Notes under the pieces: model-generated
What the model was told of the DNA's origin: nothing
What the model saw: only the letters and a program-made list of their open reading frames with translations
Database searches by the model: none
In this document: one piece after another, positions 34,701-46,900 of the stretch
Layout: the number at the start of each line of letters is the position of its first letter
Position numbering within the stretch: position 1 is the first letter of the stretch
Program-made: the position numbers and the translations under genes
NCBI GenBank assembly: GCA_028534125.1
Contig: JAPYYK010000093.1
Coordinates: forward strand, 1,612,001-1,676,000
Reading direction: 5' to 3'
Source of the DNA: Lama glama
Lineage: Eukaryota
Length of the DNA stretch: 64,000 nt

Positions 34701-36849
34701 TAGGGTCTAGCTCCAGACTGATGTGAATGAGCAGAGGCCCAAATTTCTGTCGGGGAGACAAACCCCCAAGACCAGCCCTGGGTCCCTGTGGGCATGAGTG
34801 CATATGCACTGCCGAAAGCTGGGCCAGGATCAGGGACAGGCATATACAAAACCTCCCACGCCACGCGGCTGAGCAGGGAGCTGTTGGCGTGGGGTAGGGG
34901 GAGGTGGAGGTTGTGGAAGTTATCTCAGGGAAGGGCCATTTTGATTCAAGAGCTTCAGGATTGTTGTAGACAATCTGTGGCACAAACAACCTTATTATGT
35001 CAGATAGCACAACGAAAGAAGAGATTTAGCCCTGGTCTCGGCACCTAGCCTGTGTGGAGGTTGCTTCACAGGGAGGCCCAAGTGGGCAGTGCCTTGCCAG
35101 TGCCCATACTTCCTGCCGTTGAGTGGACACAGTTGAGCTGGCGAGTTACCTGTTGTTGATTGTTTAGGTAGTTGCTGATTTTTTTATGTTATAAATAACT
35201 GTACCATGACAAATAGGATACTGATGGGAGGCTTTGGGGGAAGGGCATTCCTGCCAGAGGCAGTGGTGTAATCAGAGTAACAGAGCTGGGACACAGGCCC
35301 CTCCCGGTCCTCCTGGAGGATCTGTGGGCTAAGGTACCACTCTCTTGCCCAGTATACGGCCCTTGGATCGCAGCCTGGGAAGAGAAACGCTGCACATAAG
35401 AGCCATTGAGGAGACTGATGCCAGCCCCCTCCCCTGGATTGTTAGGGCCATAGAGATGGGTGGCCGGCAGTGGTGGGTGGCCGTGCCTCTGTTCTCAGCT
35501 GTGAGAGTGGGATTCTAACCACATGCTACTCCCTGGCAGATGCAGGAGCAGGGCTGTGACCATGGCGGCAAAGATACGCAGCCGGGGATGATCTTCAAAG
35601 CTTCTCTTGTTTGCCTCCGCAGTGCCTCACAAGATGGCTTAAGCCCTGGCTTGAATCACGCTGATGAAATGCATTTGTGTTCCCTGAGCCCAAAGAACCT
35701 GGATCAGGGAATGATGGAATTTATTCCCTAATGAGGAGGGCAAATTTGAGGGAGAACTTTCAGGACTGTGACCCCTGGGAAGTGGTCACTTCCCACTGGG
35801 AGGAAGCAAGCAGCAGCCAGGGCTGGCCAGGGGGTTGTGTGGGTCCTGGCCTTTGATCATGGCTGGCAGAGACCCTCTGAGCAAGCTGCTTCCTCTGGTG
35901 GTGGCTTCCTCTCTCCCCAACTACCTTGTGGCTGTGAGTCACTCCAGAGTCACTCAGGTAGGGGGACATCTAGGTAGCCAAAGCCCTAGCCCAAGCCCTT
36001 TGCACAGCAGGTGCTAATCAGGATGGATGGAGCCTGCACAGTCAGCAGAGGCAGAGCAGTTTGAATGCAGCCTCAGTGTGAAGCTTGTTGCCACCCCACT
36101 GTCACACTGACCAGCTATTATGGAGGCAGACTCTAGGTCAGGTCTGCAAAGGTCCAGACACTGTCACCAACTCCCCTTATGAAGTTTACTTCTGAGCAAG
36201 GGCTGTGAGTGCCTTTTCCTTTGGGTGCTGGAGCCAGTCCATTCAGCACCGCAGGTGAGGATTGGGCTGGCAGGGTTGTGGACCCGTGGGGCGCCATGCT
36301 CCAGGTGCCAGAGTGCCCGGAACCTACTGCAGTCAGCTGTGTGTGATCACTTTTCTACCTGGGACACCCACCCCTGGCCTGGGCCTTTCCCCTGGACCTC
36401 ACTGCTCAGGTTTCCTATGGACCCTCGCAGTCAGGCACTAGGCAGGCTTGTCTTGCTTTTCCGGACCATTACCCCTGCACACCTGCTGGCAAATCCTTTC
36501 CCTCTAAGGCCCAGCCCTAATGCTGCTTCTTCCCTAAAGCCTTTCCTCACTTCTCTCCCCAGATAGGGGTTCTCCCTCTGAGAGATCCCCCAAGCACTGT
36601 GCCTGAATGTGATATTTATCAGATCAAAGTAATCACAGTGAAAATCCAACAAAATTAAAAAGTGATAGATATAAACCTGCTTCTCTGACATCCAATTCTT
36701 CACCCCAAAGAGAACTCTTATTTTCTTAGGTGTCTTTCCAGAAAAGAGTTGGTGAGTAAACACCAGTATATAAATTAAAAAAAATTTACCCAAATGCAGC
36801 ACCTTTTACCCACCATTCTGTTCCCTGGTTTTTCATTTATTACATATCA

Positions 36850-37620
36850 CAGAGACTGTCCTACAGAAGCACATTTAGATCTATTTAATTCTTTTTAGTA
36901 GCTACCAAGTATTCTTCAGTATGGATGGCCATAATTTTACAAATATTTTTAAATTATGAAATATGACCAAAATCTAGGAATGTGCCTAAAACTTGTAAGC
37001 AGGTTTTAACAAATTGTAAAGGGAACCCCTGTGAACCCACCACTCAAGTTCAGAAACAGGTCCTGCAGAATTCCCACATGTGACCTGACTCAATCACAAC
37101 CTCTCTCTTGCTCTTGGACTCATGGTATTTATTTCCTAGTGTTTCTTTATATATAGTTTTACCAGTATGTCTGCAACATTAGACAGTATAGGTTAGTTGT
37201 GCCTGTTTTGAACTCTGTATCTGTAGAGTCACGCTCTTTGTATTTTTTTTTCACTCCACAGCGTTGTTGAGATTGACCATGTGGTTGGCTACAGCTATAG
37301 CTCCTCATTTCCATTGTTGTATAATATTTCATTGTGTGACTCTACCACAGTACATCCTGCTGTTGATAGATATTTGGGCTGTTTCCAGTTTGGGGTAATT
37401 GCTGCCATGAACATCCTTGTATGAAATGCCCTGATGCACAAATGGACATGTTTCTGTAGGGCATCTATATAGCAGTGTGATTGCTGGTTCATAGGGTATG
37501 TTTGACTTCAGACTTCAGTAGTTTTACCAAATTGTTTTGCAGAGGGGAGACTTGTCCTCCACCAGCAGTGCTCATGTTCTCCACATCTTTGCCAACATTT
37601 GGCATCATCAGACTTTCAGA
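36850..37620 (-). mobile_element. Old L1 (L1M-type) 3' fragments in CAMKV intron 1
   Basis: AT-rich block with L1M hallmarks ('gatagatatttgggctgtttccagtttgggg', 'ctccacatctttgccaacatttgg'). Confidence 0.6.
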
Positions 37621-37996
37621 GATGACTCTCTGATGGGTCAGTAGTTAGAGTCCCTTTCATCTGGGAAACAACTGAAATTTAAACAGATCATTTGATAAAT
37701 CTTCTTTTGATTACATATAATGCAAAATGATTCCCTGATATGTCAGTTTAATACATTTTTCATAAGCGGGGGCTGTCACAGTTGAGCAGCCAAACTGAGT
37801 GGCTGGAGGTGTGGCCAGAAAAGCAGGGCTAGGATCCGAGCCTGACCACCCTCCAGCCCTTCCTGGTGTAGACTCTGCCCCTGGCCTGGTCTGAATCAGG
37901 TTGGGGTCTCCCAAAGGCAACCTCTGTGTGCGAAGAGAAGTGGGGAGTAGTACAGCTGAGCCAGACCCCAACCTGCCCCCAGCTCAGAGCCTGGCA

Positions 37997-40900
37997 ATGC
38001 CGTTTGGGTGTGTGACTCTCGGCGACAAGAAGAACTATAACCAGCCGTCGGAGGTGACCGACAGATATGACTTGGGACAGGTCATCAAGACGTGAGTGCT
38101 GGGTCTGTTGGGCAAGGGTGGGCAGGCAAGGGCTGCGGAAAGTGGCACAGAATATAGCCCATGCTGAGTGGAGTGCCTGCTGGCTGCAGTGAGGAGTTCT
38201 GTGAGATCTTCCGGGCCAAGGACAAGACGACAGGCAAGCTTCACACCTGCAAGAAATTCCAGAAGCGGGACGGCCGCAAGGTGCGGAAGGCAGCCAAGAA
38301 CGAGATAGGCATCCTCAAGATGTGAGTGTGAGGCCTGGGGGTGGGGTGAGGTAGGGTAGGGGAGGCAGCAGGTAAGGGCTTCAAGGGCTGGTGGCTTCAA
38401 GCAGTTCCAGCCTCTGGCTAGTTAGTCTGCTGTGGTCCACAGTAGCAACCAGAGCCTCTCTTAGGAGTTTACCCAGCCCTAACTATTGGCTCTCCTCTCT
38501 GCTGCTAGGGTGAAGCATCCCAACATCTTGCAACTGGTGGATGTGTTTGTGACCCGCAAGGAGTACTTTATCTTCTTGGAGCTGTGAGTGTGGGTCTGGG
38601 TTTCCGGGATTACTCAGTCCCCAGGGTCTTTACCTGCTCTGCCTTCTGCAGCCAGGGAAAGCCCATCCTTCTGGATCCTTGGGGTCTCAGGTCTCTGTGC
38701 CTTGCCCAGCCAGCTGCCTGGTGTAGGCAGCCTACCCACATGCTCCTGCCCCACCCCCGATTCTGCCCACGCCGGGCTCAGGGGCTGGTGTCCCTCAGGG
38801 CCACGGGGAGGGAGGTGTTTGACTGGATCCTGGACCAGGGCTACTACTCGGAGCGAGACACAAGCAACGTGGTGCGGCAGGTCCTGGAGGCAGTGGCCTA
38901 CCTGCACTCGCTCAAGATCGTGCACAGGAACCTCAAGGTGAGGACAGTAGCCAGGTCAAAGGGTCAGGAGGCAGCCGGCCTGGGGCTGGGGTGGGCTGTA
39001 CCTTGGGGCCTTGGTCCAGCCTCTGAGATTTCCATGGTGTCTTCCTCTGCCCACCCATATGCCATTCCTGGCCTGAGCAGCTGGAGAACCTGGTTTACTA
39101 CAATCGGCTGAAGAACTCAAAGATCGTCATCAGCGACTTTCACCTGGCTAAGCTAGAGAATGGCCTGATCAAGGAGCCCTGTGGGACCCCCGAGTACCTG
39201 GGCAAGCAGGGGGTGGGGCAGGGCAGGGTGGGAGACAGCCTTTAAGGAGTGGCTCTGGGCAGGGGGGAAGGAAGTCCCCATCCCAGGAAATGGATGTGAG
39301 TGGTACAAGGCCTGGCCAGGCCTGATATTGACCAGCAGGTGGACACTGTTTGCAGCCCCGGAGGTGGTAGGCCGGCAGCGATACGGACGCCCTGTGGACT
39401 GCTGGGCCATTGGAGTCATCATGTACATCCTGTAAGTGGATGAGCCGGCAAACAAGCTTGCAGCCAGATGGGGTGGGGGGGGTCTGGGTCCATGGCCTTC
39501 CAGTGACCCTGCCCTTGGCCCTCCATGAAGGCTTTCAGGGAACCCACCTTTCTACGAGGAGGTGGAGGAAGATGACTATGAGAACCATGATAAGAATCTC
39601 TTCCGCAAGATCCTGGCTGGCGACTATGAGTTTGACTCTCCATACTGGGATGACATTTCTCAGGCTGGTGAGGAGACCTGCTCTCAGCCTTCTCTGATGG
39701 ACTCTGATCCTAACCCCCAGCCCAATCATCCCCTCTAGACAGTGAGATGGGGTGCCCATGTCTAGCTCTCTCTGGTTTTGTCCCCAGCCAAAGACCTGGT
39801 CACAAGGCTGATGGAGGTGGAGCAAGACCAGCGGATCACTGCAGAAGAAGCCATCTCCCATGAGTGGTGAGCAGGGCCCGGGAGGGATGGGAGGAGAGGC
39901 CAGGGTTCCTTTGGCCTCTGTCCTCCTCACACTTAGCAGCCTCCATACTTGAGGCCTCGAGTTGGGGTTGGAAGGGCACCCAGAGCTCAGGCCAGCCCAG
40001 AGGGTCTGCCTGGTAATCCCTTGATCTTACAAGGGAAGGGCTGGGTACAGTCTCCACGAAGGCCATACTCCTTCAGATCCAGACGCACTTGCACTCTTTC
40101 CAGGATTTCTGGCAATGCTGCTTCTGATAAAAACATCAAGGACGGTGTCTGTGCCCAGATTGAAAAGAACTTTGCCAGGGCTAAGTGGAAGGTAAGGCTT
40201 GGATGCCTCCCTTTTCTGGCTTGATCTCAAGAGCTCCTTCTGGCGCCATAGTTTTCTTGCCTGCATCACATCCCTGTAGCCACACACAGGCTTTTCTTCA
40301 ACCATCAGGTGTAGCTGGAGCCACTGTTACTACCTGAAGCAGGTGTGCTGAGCAGCTGGGTTCCTGGCCTTGGGGTGGTCAGAGGCAGCCAGGGCACTAT
40401 GGAATGGTCTGGGTTTGGCCTTTGGGGAAGGAATGGATCCAGCTTCCATAAGCTTCACTCTGAGCCTCTATCCACTGTCCTTTCAGAAGGCTGTCCGAGT
40501 GACCACCCTCATGAAACGGCTCAGGGCACCGGAGCAGTCCAGCACGGCTGCAGCCCAGTCTGCCCCAGCCACAGACACTGCCACTCCTGGGGCTGCAGGT
40601 GGGGCCACTGCTGCAAGTGGAGCTGCCCCAGCTCTTGGGGGCAGTGCCACCCCAGCCACAGTGGGTGATGCTGCAAAGAGTGATAATATAGCCCCCGCAG
40701 ACCGTAGTGCCACCCCAGCCACAGATGGCAGTACCACCCCAGCCACTGATGGGAGCGTCACCCCAGCCACTGATGGGAGCATCACTCCAGCCACTGATGG
40801 GAGTGTCACCCCAGCCACTGACAGAAGTGTTACTCCAGCTACTGATGGGAGAGCCACACCAGCCATGGAAGAGAGCACCACCCAAAGCAGTGCCACACCG

Positions 40901-41050
40901 GCCACCAAAGCTGCTGCCACCCCTGGGCCGGCTTTAGCCCAGCCGGACAGCACAGCCCCAGGGGGCGCAACAGGCCAGGCTCCACCCTCTAGTAAAGGGG
41001 AAGAGGCTGCTGGCTCTGCCCAGGAGTCTCGGAGGGAGGAGACCAGCTGA
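37997..41050 (+). CDS. CAMKV: CaM kinase-like vesicle-associated protein (pseudokinase); 10 coding exons, 501 aa
   Basis: Exons: 37997-38091, 38190-38321, 38509-38583, 38799-38937, 39081-39201, 39356-39431, 39531-39667, 39788-39866, 40104-40191, 40487-41050. Sum 1506 nt = 501 aa + stop. Starts MPFGCVTLGDKKNYNQPSEVTDRYDLG; HRN and DFH replace HRD and DFG; CaM-binding FARAKWKKAVRV; ATDGSxTP repeats; ends QESRREETS. Confidence 0.96.
40694..40866 (+). repeat. Coding 24-bp tandem repeat (ATDGSxTP octapeptides) in the CAMKV last exon
   Basis: About 7 units of gccactgatgggagcgtcacccca-like sequence: PADRSATP ATDGSTTP ATDGSVTP ATDGSITP ATDGSVTP ATDRSVTP ATDGRATP. Confidence 0.9.
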
Positions 41051-42372
41051 GTGGGCAGGCTGGTGGGGGGGCGGGGGATGGGCAAGAGGGTGGGAGAGTG
41101 GATGAGGGGCTTCTCACTGTACATAGAGTCACTGGCATGATGCCCTCACTCCCCCCGCCCCTGCCTCCTAGCATGGGGCATGTCTGGGGGCCACAGGAGA
41201 GCAGTCTCATCTCCTGTGGGTATGCGCATTGAGTGGTGGGCAGGCCAGAAGCAGGACCAGCCCCAGCCCCTGCATGGATTCCTTGTGGCTTTTCTGTCTT
41301 TTGCTAGCTTTATCAGTTTCTGTTCCTTGTGGGATGCTGCTCTAGGGATACTCAGGAGGTCCCTGCTCCCCTCCCTCTTCCCTTTTTGCCTCACAATTCC
41401 CCCAGGCCGGCCCTGCAGGTCTCATCCTCTCCCAGGCCCTAAACTTGGGTGGCCTTGCCCTGAGAGCTGGTCCTCCAGCGAGGCCCTGTCAGCGGTCTTA
41501 GGCTCTTGCACATGAAGGTATGTGCCTGTGGTATGTGTGCTGCTCTAGGAGTGGAAACAGGCTGGTACAGAGAATGCAATCATCTAGGGCAGTAGGCTTT
41601 TAGACAAGACTAGTCGCATGACTGGGGGCACTGCTTGGTAGCCGTGGGGGTCTTCAGAAATGAAAGAGAGTTAGAGGGTAGAAGCTTCCATTTTTGTCTC
41701 TGGGAAGTCTCTCCCAAGACCCTAGTGCTATTTCCTGCCCTCCTGGGTCCTGTAGTGGGTTGCCCTGTGCCCTGAGCTTCATGAGCCTGTAAGAGGGAGG
41801 AGGAGCAATTAGGATGTGGCAGTGAGACCTGGGAGGGCAGAGTGTAGGCCCAGCACCTAGTATACCAGTCTAGCTGGGTCCTTACCATGGGCCAAAGAAG
41901 GAAAGTTAACATCTCCTGGCTCTTCCCAGATGGCCCCCCTCAGGCTCAGTCCACCATTCTCTCCATCCTGGGGGGCCTGCTGCATGGCAGTGTCCTGCAG
42001 TCTTATTTAGGGGTCTGCCCTTCACAGGGGCAGATTTTCTGCTCTCCCAATTCAACAACAAAATAGAGAGGAACACTCTATGTCTATGACCCACTTCCCC
42101 TTCTATCAAGGCTTGGAGAGAGGCCCAGGTGCCTCTGAACCATGCTGAGTTGCTTTTGCTGGGATGAGGGAGTAGAATAAAGCTCCCCAGTTTCATGATG
42201 GAGGTTCCTGGCAGGTGCCCTTTGTCAGACCCCACTACAGCCTGGACGGGCAGCCATACTGGTCCCAGCCCTTGCTTGGCACTCGGGGGTAGTCCTGCCC
42301 TTCTCCCTGCATGCCTGTGGGTCTGCGCTGGTGTATGAAGGTTGGTGGGCTGTGTGCCTGCTGAACCTGGCA

Positions 42373-42378
42373 AATAAA
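42373..42378 (+). terminator. CAMKV polyadenylation signal (AATAAA)
   Basis: AATAAA about 1.3 kb after the stop, followed by a U-rich downstream tract (about 42408-42432). Confidence 0.7.
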
Positions 42379-43499
42379 TGTCACTCTGCCAAAGCCTCTG
42401 GCCACCCTCTTGCCTTTGCTTCCTATATATTACTGGGGAAGGGCCCCTGGAAGGCAGTGGGGAGGGGAGAAGCCAGGAGTAAGTCCACAGGTAGTGGTCT
42501 GTGCTCAATGCCATGTGGACTGCTTGGGCTGAGAGAACAGATCATCCTCACCACAGTATATTCCTTGATGGTGGAGGGGTGATCCTCTGGACTCTAGAAA
42601 TCCATGTGGGTGGTGGGTCCTGTGCTGGGCTTACGCCAAGGAATAACCTCTGGGCTGCTGTTCCGACAAGTCCTATTGAACAAGGAGCCCTTGTCTTGAC
42701 TTAGGCATAGACCTAGAACCCACCAAGGGCCATAGGGAGAAACGTTGCCCGTGGCCAAAGTGGGCTTCCCTGGATTGCCGAGTGGGTGCAGGATGGGCAT
42801 CACACAAAGATTCTATTCTGCCCTTTGTGTTGATTCCTCCTTTCTATGAACCAAACCTTTGCTTTCTGCATAGGCCCCAAGGACTTCATGCTGGGTCTAC
42901 TTCAGGTGCAATAGATCAGCCTTATATTATGGGGCTTTACCTAATGTTTCTTCTGAGGAGAGGGGAGTAACACTGTTAAAATTAGTTAAGCACGAAAACT
43001 CCTAGGAAGGCTTATTCCAGCCCTGATCAGCCCAGGTGAACTCTCCAGGGATGCTGCTCTTTGTCAGAGAAGACCCCCACAAAGGTAACATCTCTGATGT
43101 GGGAATAAAAAAGGTTTGTTAGTCACTTGTCTGTGAAGCATCTGGGCCTCCAAAATTCCAACCCTACTGCAGTCCTGAGGCAAAACTGTTCTTCCTGAGA
43201 GCTAGAAGCTAAAGTCAGGATACTGACCCTGCCACCTCAAACTTAGGGATCATAAAGCCTTGCTTGTACAGTGCCAGGGTGAGATTGGGGTGTCCTGAGG
43301 ATTAGAAACTGTGTCCATCATTCTAGGACCACTTAGAGCCGAGGTCTGAGAGGGTGGAGCATTCTTTTGGCCTGGAAGCTATGGACTTCCACCATATGGT
43401 CGAACACTGCCCAAAGCCCAGGGGACTCACTCTCCATCGGGAACATCGTCCCATTCCCTTACGGTCCCAGTCTTCTCGACTCTCCCGAAGTGCAGAGAA

Positions 43500-43947
43500 G
43501 GCGGCACTGAGAGAACAGGGCTGAAGAGCCGGTGCCTAGTATGCCGCGCACCAGCTCTGACTCGGGACCATAACGCCCCGTCTTACCCCAGAAAGGGGCC
43601 TGGCCGGCGGAGTAGCTACTCCCGGTGCTCCGCCAACGCTGCACTCTTGCGGTACTGGCCGTGTTTCCGAGAGCCTCAGGAGAGATATCGCTGACAGTTT
43701 CGGGCCTGCGCTCCGCCCCAGGATTCTCCACGGGCCGCGGGGCCGTTAAGCCCCGCCCCTGAGGGTTCGTCCAATCCGGATCCAACCTTCAGTCGGCGCC
43801 TTCAAGTTCCGTGTGGCCACTTCCGATCCGTTCCGGAAGTCGCTCAGTGGAGCCAAATTTGAAGCAAACGGAGACGCCTAGGCGCAGCCACGAAGCTGGA
43901 CCGGTCGCGGCTTCCTTGGATACCTGCTCCTGTTGAGATCAGTCATC
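43500..43947 (+). promoter_or_regulatory. TRAIP CpG-island promoter with GC box, CCAAT, ETS and CHR motifs
   Basis: CCCCGCCCC at about 43751; CCAAT 43771; CACTTCCG 43818-43825; CCGGAAGT 43833-43840; TTTGAA (CHR) 43858-43863. Confidence 0.7.
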
Positions 43948-46900
43948 ATGCCCATTCGTGCGCTATGCACCATCTGCTCCGACTTCTTCGACCACTCCCG
44001 TGACGTGGCCGCCATCCACTGCGGCCATACCTTCCACTTGCAGTGGTGAGTGACCGCTGTTTGGGGGCTGGGCACTCGCTCTGGTACCTCTACAGGACTG
44101 TGGGGTGTCCGGGCGACCGGTCCGCTGAGCCCAGACTGGTGATGAGGACGTCCTTAGACGGTACCCCACGAGAGGTTCCCAACCTGGGCAGAAGCCGGTC
44201 ATGGCAGGCTTCCCGGAGGAGGTGATACCTGAGCTGAGGCCGGCAAGGGTCGGGGTTGGTTTAATGAAGACAGAGTAGTGGTTTCCTTGATAGACTTGCA
44301 AAGAAACGTGATTTCAAAATCAGTAACCCGGGGGGAGATGAACTTTTGCCACATTAGCGAGCCCGTTTGTTTCTTTGAGACCTGTTACACTTATGGCTAC
44401 CCGATTTGTTGTGGTTTGCTTGACGTTTTGGAATGATTCTGTCCAGAGTCATTTCGTTGTTTAAACACCCCAGTATATTCACAGACCCTAGGTGACTCAA
44501 GTTAATATTGGAGGGCAAGGAGGTCCTCGCTAATCAAGCGTTTCTGTTGACCCGTAGGACCATACTGTCGAGTGTACAGCTGGTGGGAAGGTTCCCCTAG
44601 CAGCTGTGGACAGGCTGATTCGGAGCTCCTTTTTCAATTGTGATGAAATATGCGTAACCAAATTTACCATTTCAACCATTTCTTTTTTTTTTACTATACA
44701 TCATTTTATTGTAGTAAAAATATATAATATTTACCATTTTAACTTTTCACTTTTACAAAACTTTACTTAACAAAAAAGTTCATTATGAAAATGTACAGGA
44801 CCTGATTTTTATGTCATAGTAAAACAAGCCCTTTGAAAAGGGGACATGTGGAACCAGTTGATTTCTCTGGTGAACACAGCCATTTTTTATACTTCTTCCA
44901 AGGCTTCTAACATGATGATATTATTTCCTCATATTACCACCCTTTTAGTATTGTTCTGTTGCCCACTAGTTGCTGTCTCCACACATTCATCTATCACAGG
45001 ATACATAAAGAGATCAAATTCTTACTATATTCCTTGGTCATGTCTGCCTCCATTTAATTTCAATGAAAACATCTTCGTACAGTTTTTTAGTTCAGGATGG
45101 TGTTTGCTCAGTGAGCTCAAAGATGCCTTCCATTTTAGCTGTTTTTAAGTGTACAGTTCAGTGGCATTAAGTACATTCACAATGTTGTATAACCATCACC
45201 ACTATCTATTTACAAAACTTTTCCATCATTCCAAACAGCACTGTACCCTTTAAACAGTAACTTTCCATTCTTCCCTCCCCTGGAAACCTCTATTTTACTT
45301 TCTGTCTCTCTTTGAATTTTCCTATGCTAGGTAACTCACGTAAGTGGAATTGCACAATATTTGCTCTGGCTTATTTCACTAAGCATAATGTTTTTATTCA
45401 TGTTGTAGCACATTTCAGAATTTTCTGCCTTTTTATGACTAAGTAATGTTCATTGTATGGAAATACCATATTTTGTTTATCCCTTCATCTGTTAATGGAC
45501 CTTGGTTGTTTCCATGTTTTGGCTGCTGTAATGTTACTATGAGCATTGGTGTATAAGTATCTGTTCCTGTTTTCCTTTCTTTTGGGTTATACCCAGAGGT
45601 GGAATAGCTGGATCATACGGTAATTCTATGTTTAATTTTTAAGAAGCTGTCTTTCTGTTTTCCACATCAGCTGCACTATTTTACATTCTCATCTGCGATG
45701 CACAAGGGTTCCAATTTTTCCACATCCTTGCCAACACTTGTTATTTTCTTTTTTTTTTTTTAATAACAGCCATCCTAATGGGTATCTTCTCTTTTACTGC
45801 ATGTGTTTAAAGCTATCAGGTTCCCTCTCAGTACTGGTTTTGCTGTATTCCACAGTTTGTTGTTTGGTATGATGTTTTCATTTNNNNNNNNNNNNNNNNN
45901 NNNNNNNNNNNNNNNNNNNNNNNNNNNNNNNNNNNNNNNNNNNNNNNNNNNNNNNNNNNNNNNNNNNNNNNNNNNNNNNNNNNNNNNNNNNNNNNNNNNN
46001 NNNNNNNNNNNNNNNNNNNNNNNNNNNNNNNNNNNNNNNNNNNNNNNNNNNNNNNNNNNNNNNNNNNNNNNNNNNNNNNNNNNNNNNNNNNNNNNNNNNN
46101 NNNNNNNNNAAGCACTTGAGAAAAATGTGTGTTCTGCTGTTGTTGGAGGGAGCATATGTCTGTTAAGTCTAGTTGGTTTAAAGTATTGTTCGAGTCCTCT
46201 ATTTCCTTATTGATCATCTGTCTGATTATTCTATCCATTGTTAAAATTGTAGGGTATTGACATCTCCATCTTTTATTGTAGAGCTGTTTCTCCCTTCAGT
46301 TCTGTACGGTTTTCTTTCATATATATTTTGTTAGGTGCATATATGTTTGCAATTGTTACTTCTTGTTAGAGTGGAAATTTATCAATATGTAAAGTCCTTC
46401 TTTGTCTTTTGTAACCTTTTTTGACTCAAAGTCTATTTTGTCTGACAACAATATAGTTACCTCAATTCTCTTTTTGTTATTATGTTTATTTATTCTGCTT
46501 GGGATTCATTAGGTTTAACTTGCAGAACAATTTCTTTAATCAGTTCTGAAAAATTATCAGCCATTAACTCTTCATGTATTGCCTCTATTCCACTATCTCT
46601 TTTCTTTCTATGCTAGTTTCTCATTTCTGCTGTAACAAATTACTACTAACTTAGTGGCTTAAAACAATGCAGATTTATTATTTTATAATTCTGGATGTCA
46701 GAAGTCCAAAATGGGTCTTACTTGGTAAAAATCAGGGTGGAAGTGGGGCTGTGCTTTCTTTGGCTCCTGGCCCCTTTCTCCATCTTCAAAGTTAGCAGTT
46801 TTACAACTTCTCATCTCTCTGTATGACTCTGACACTCCTGCCTCACTTATGAGGACCCTTGTGACCCATGGGACACACCTGGATAATCTCCCCCTATCTC

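Noticed and set aside
36242-36262. REST/RE1 site in CAMKV intron 1 (TTCAGCACC)
   Set aside because: Only the left half-site is present; the GGACAG right half is missing at canonical spacing.
40397-41124. Antisense ORFs of 162 and 213 aa with VAGVTLPS / ISGWGDAP repeats
   Set aside because: They mirror the stop-poor CAMKV coding repeat; there is no independent evidence for them.
45775-46238. ORFs containing X runs (also 60650-61126 and 63032-63393)
   Set aside because: Artefacts of N gaps inside L1 relics.
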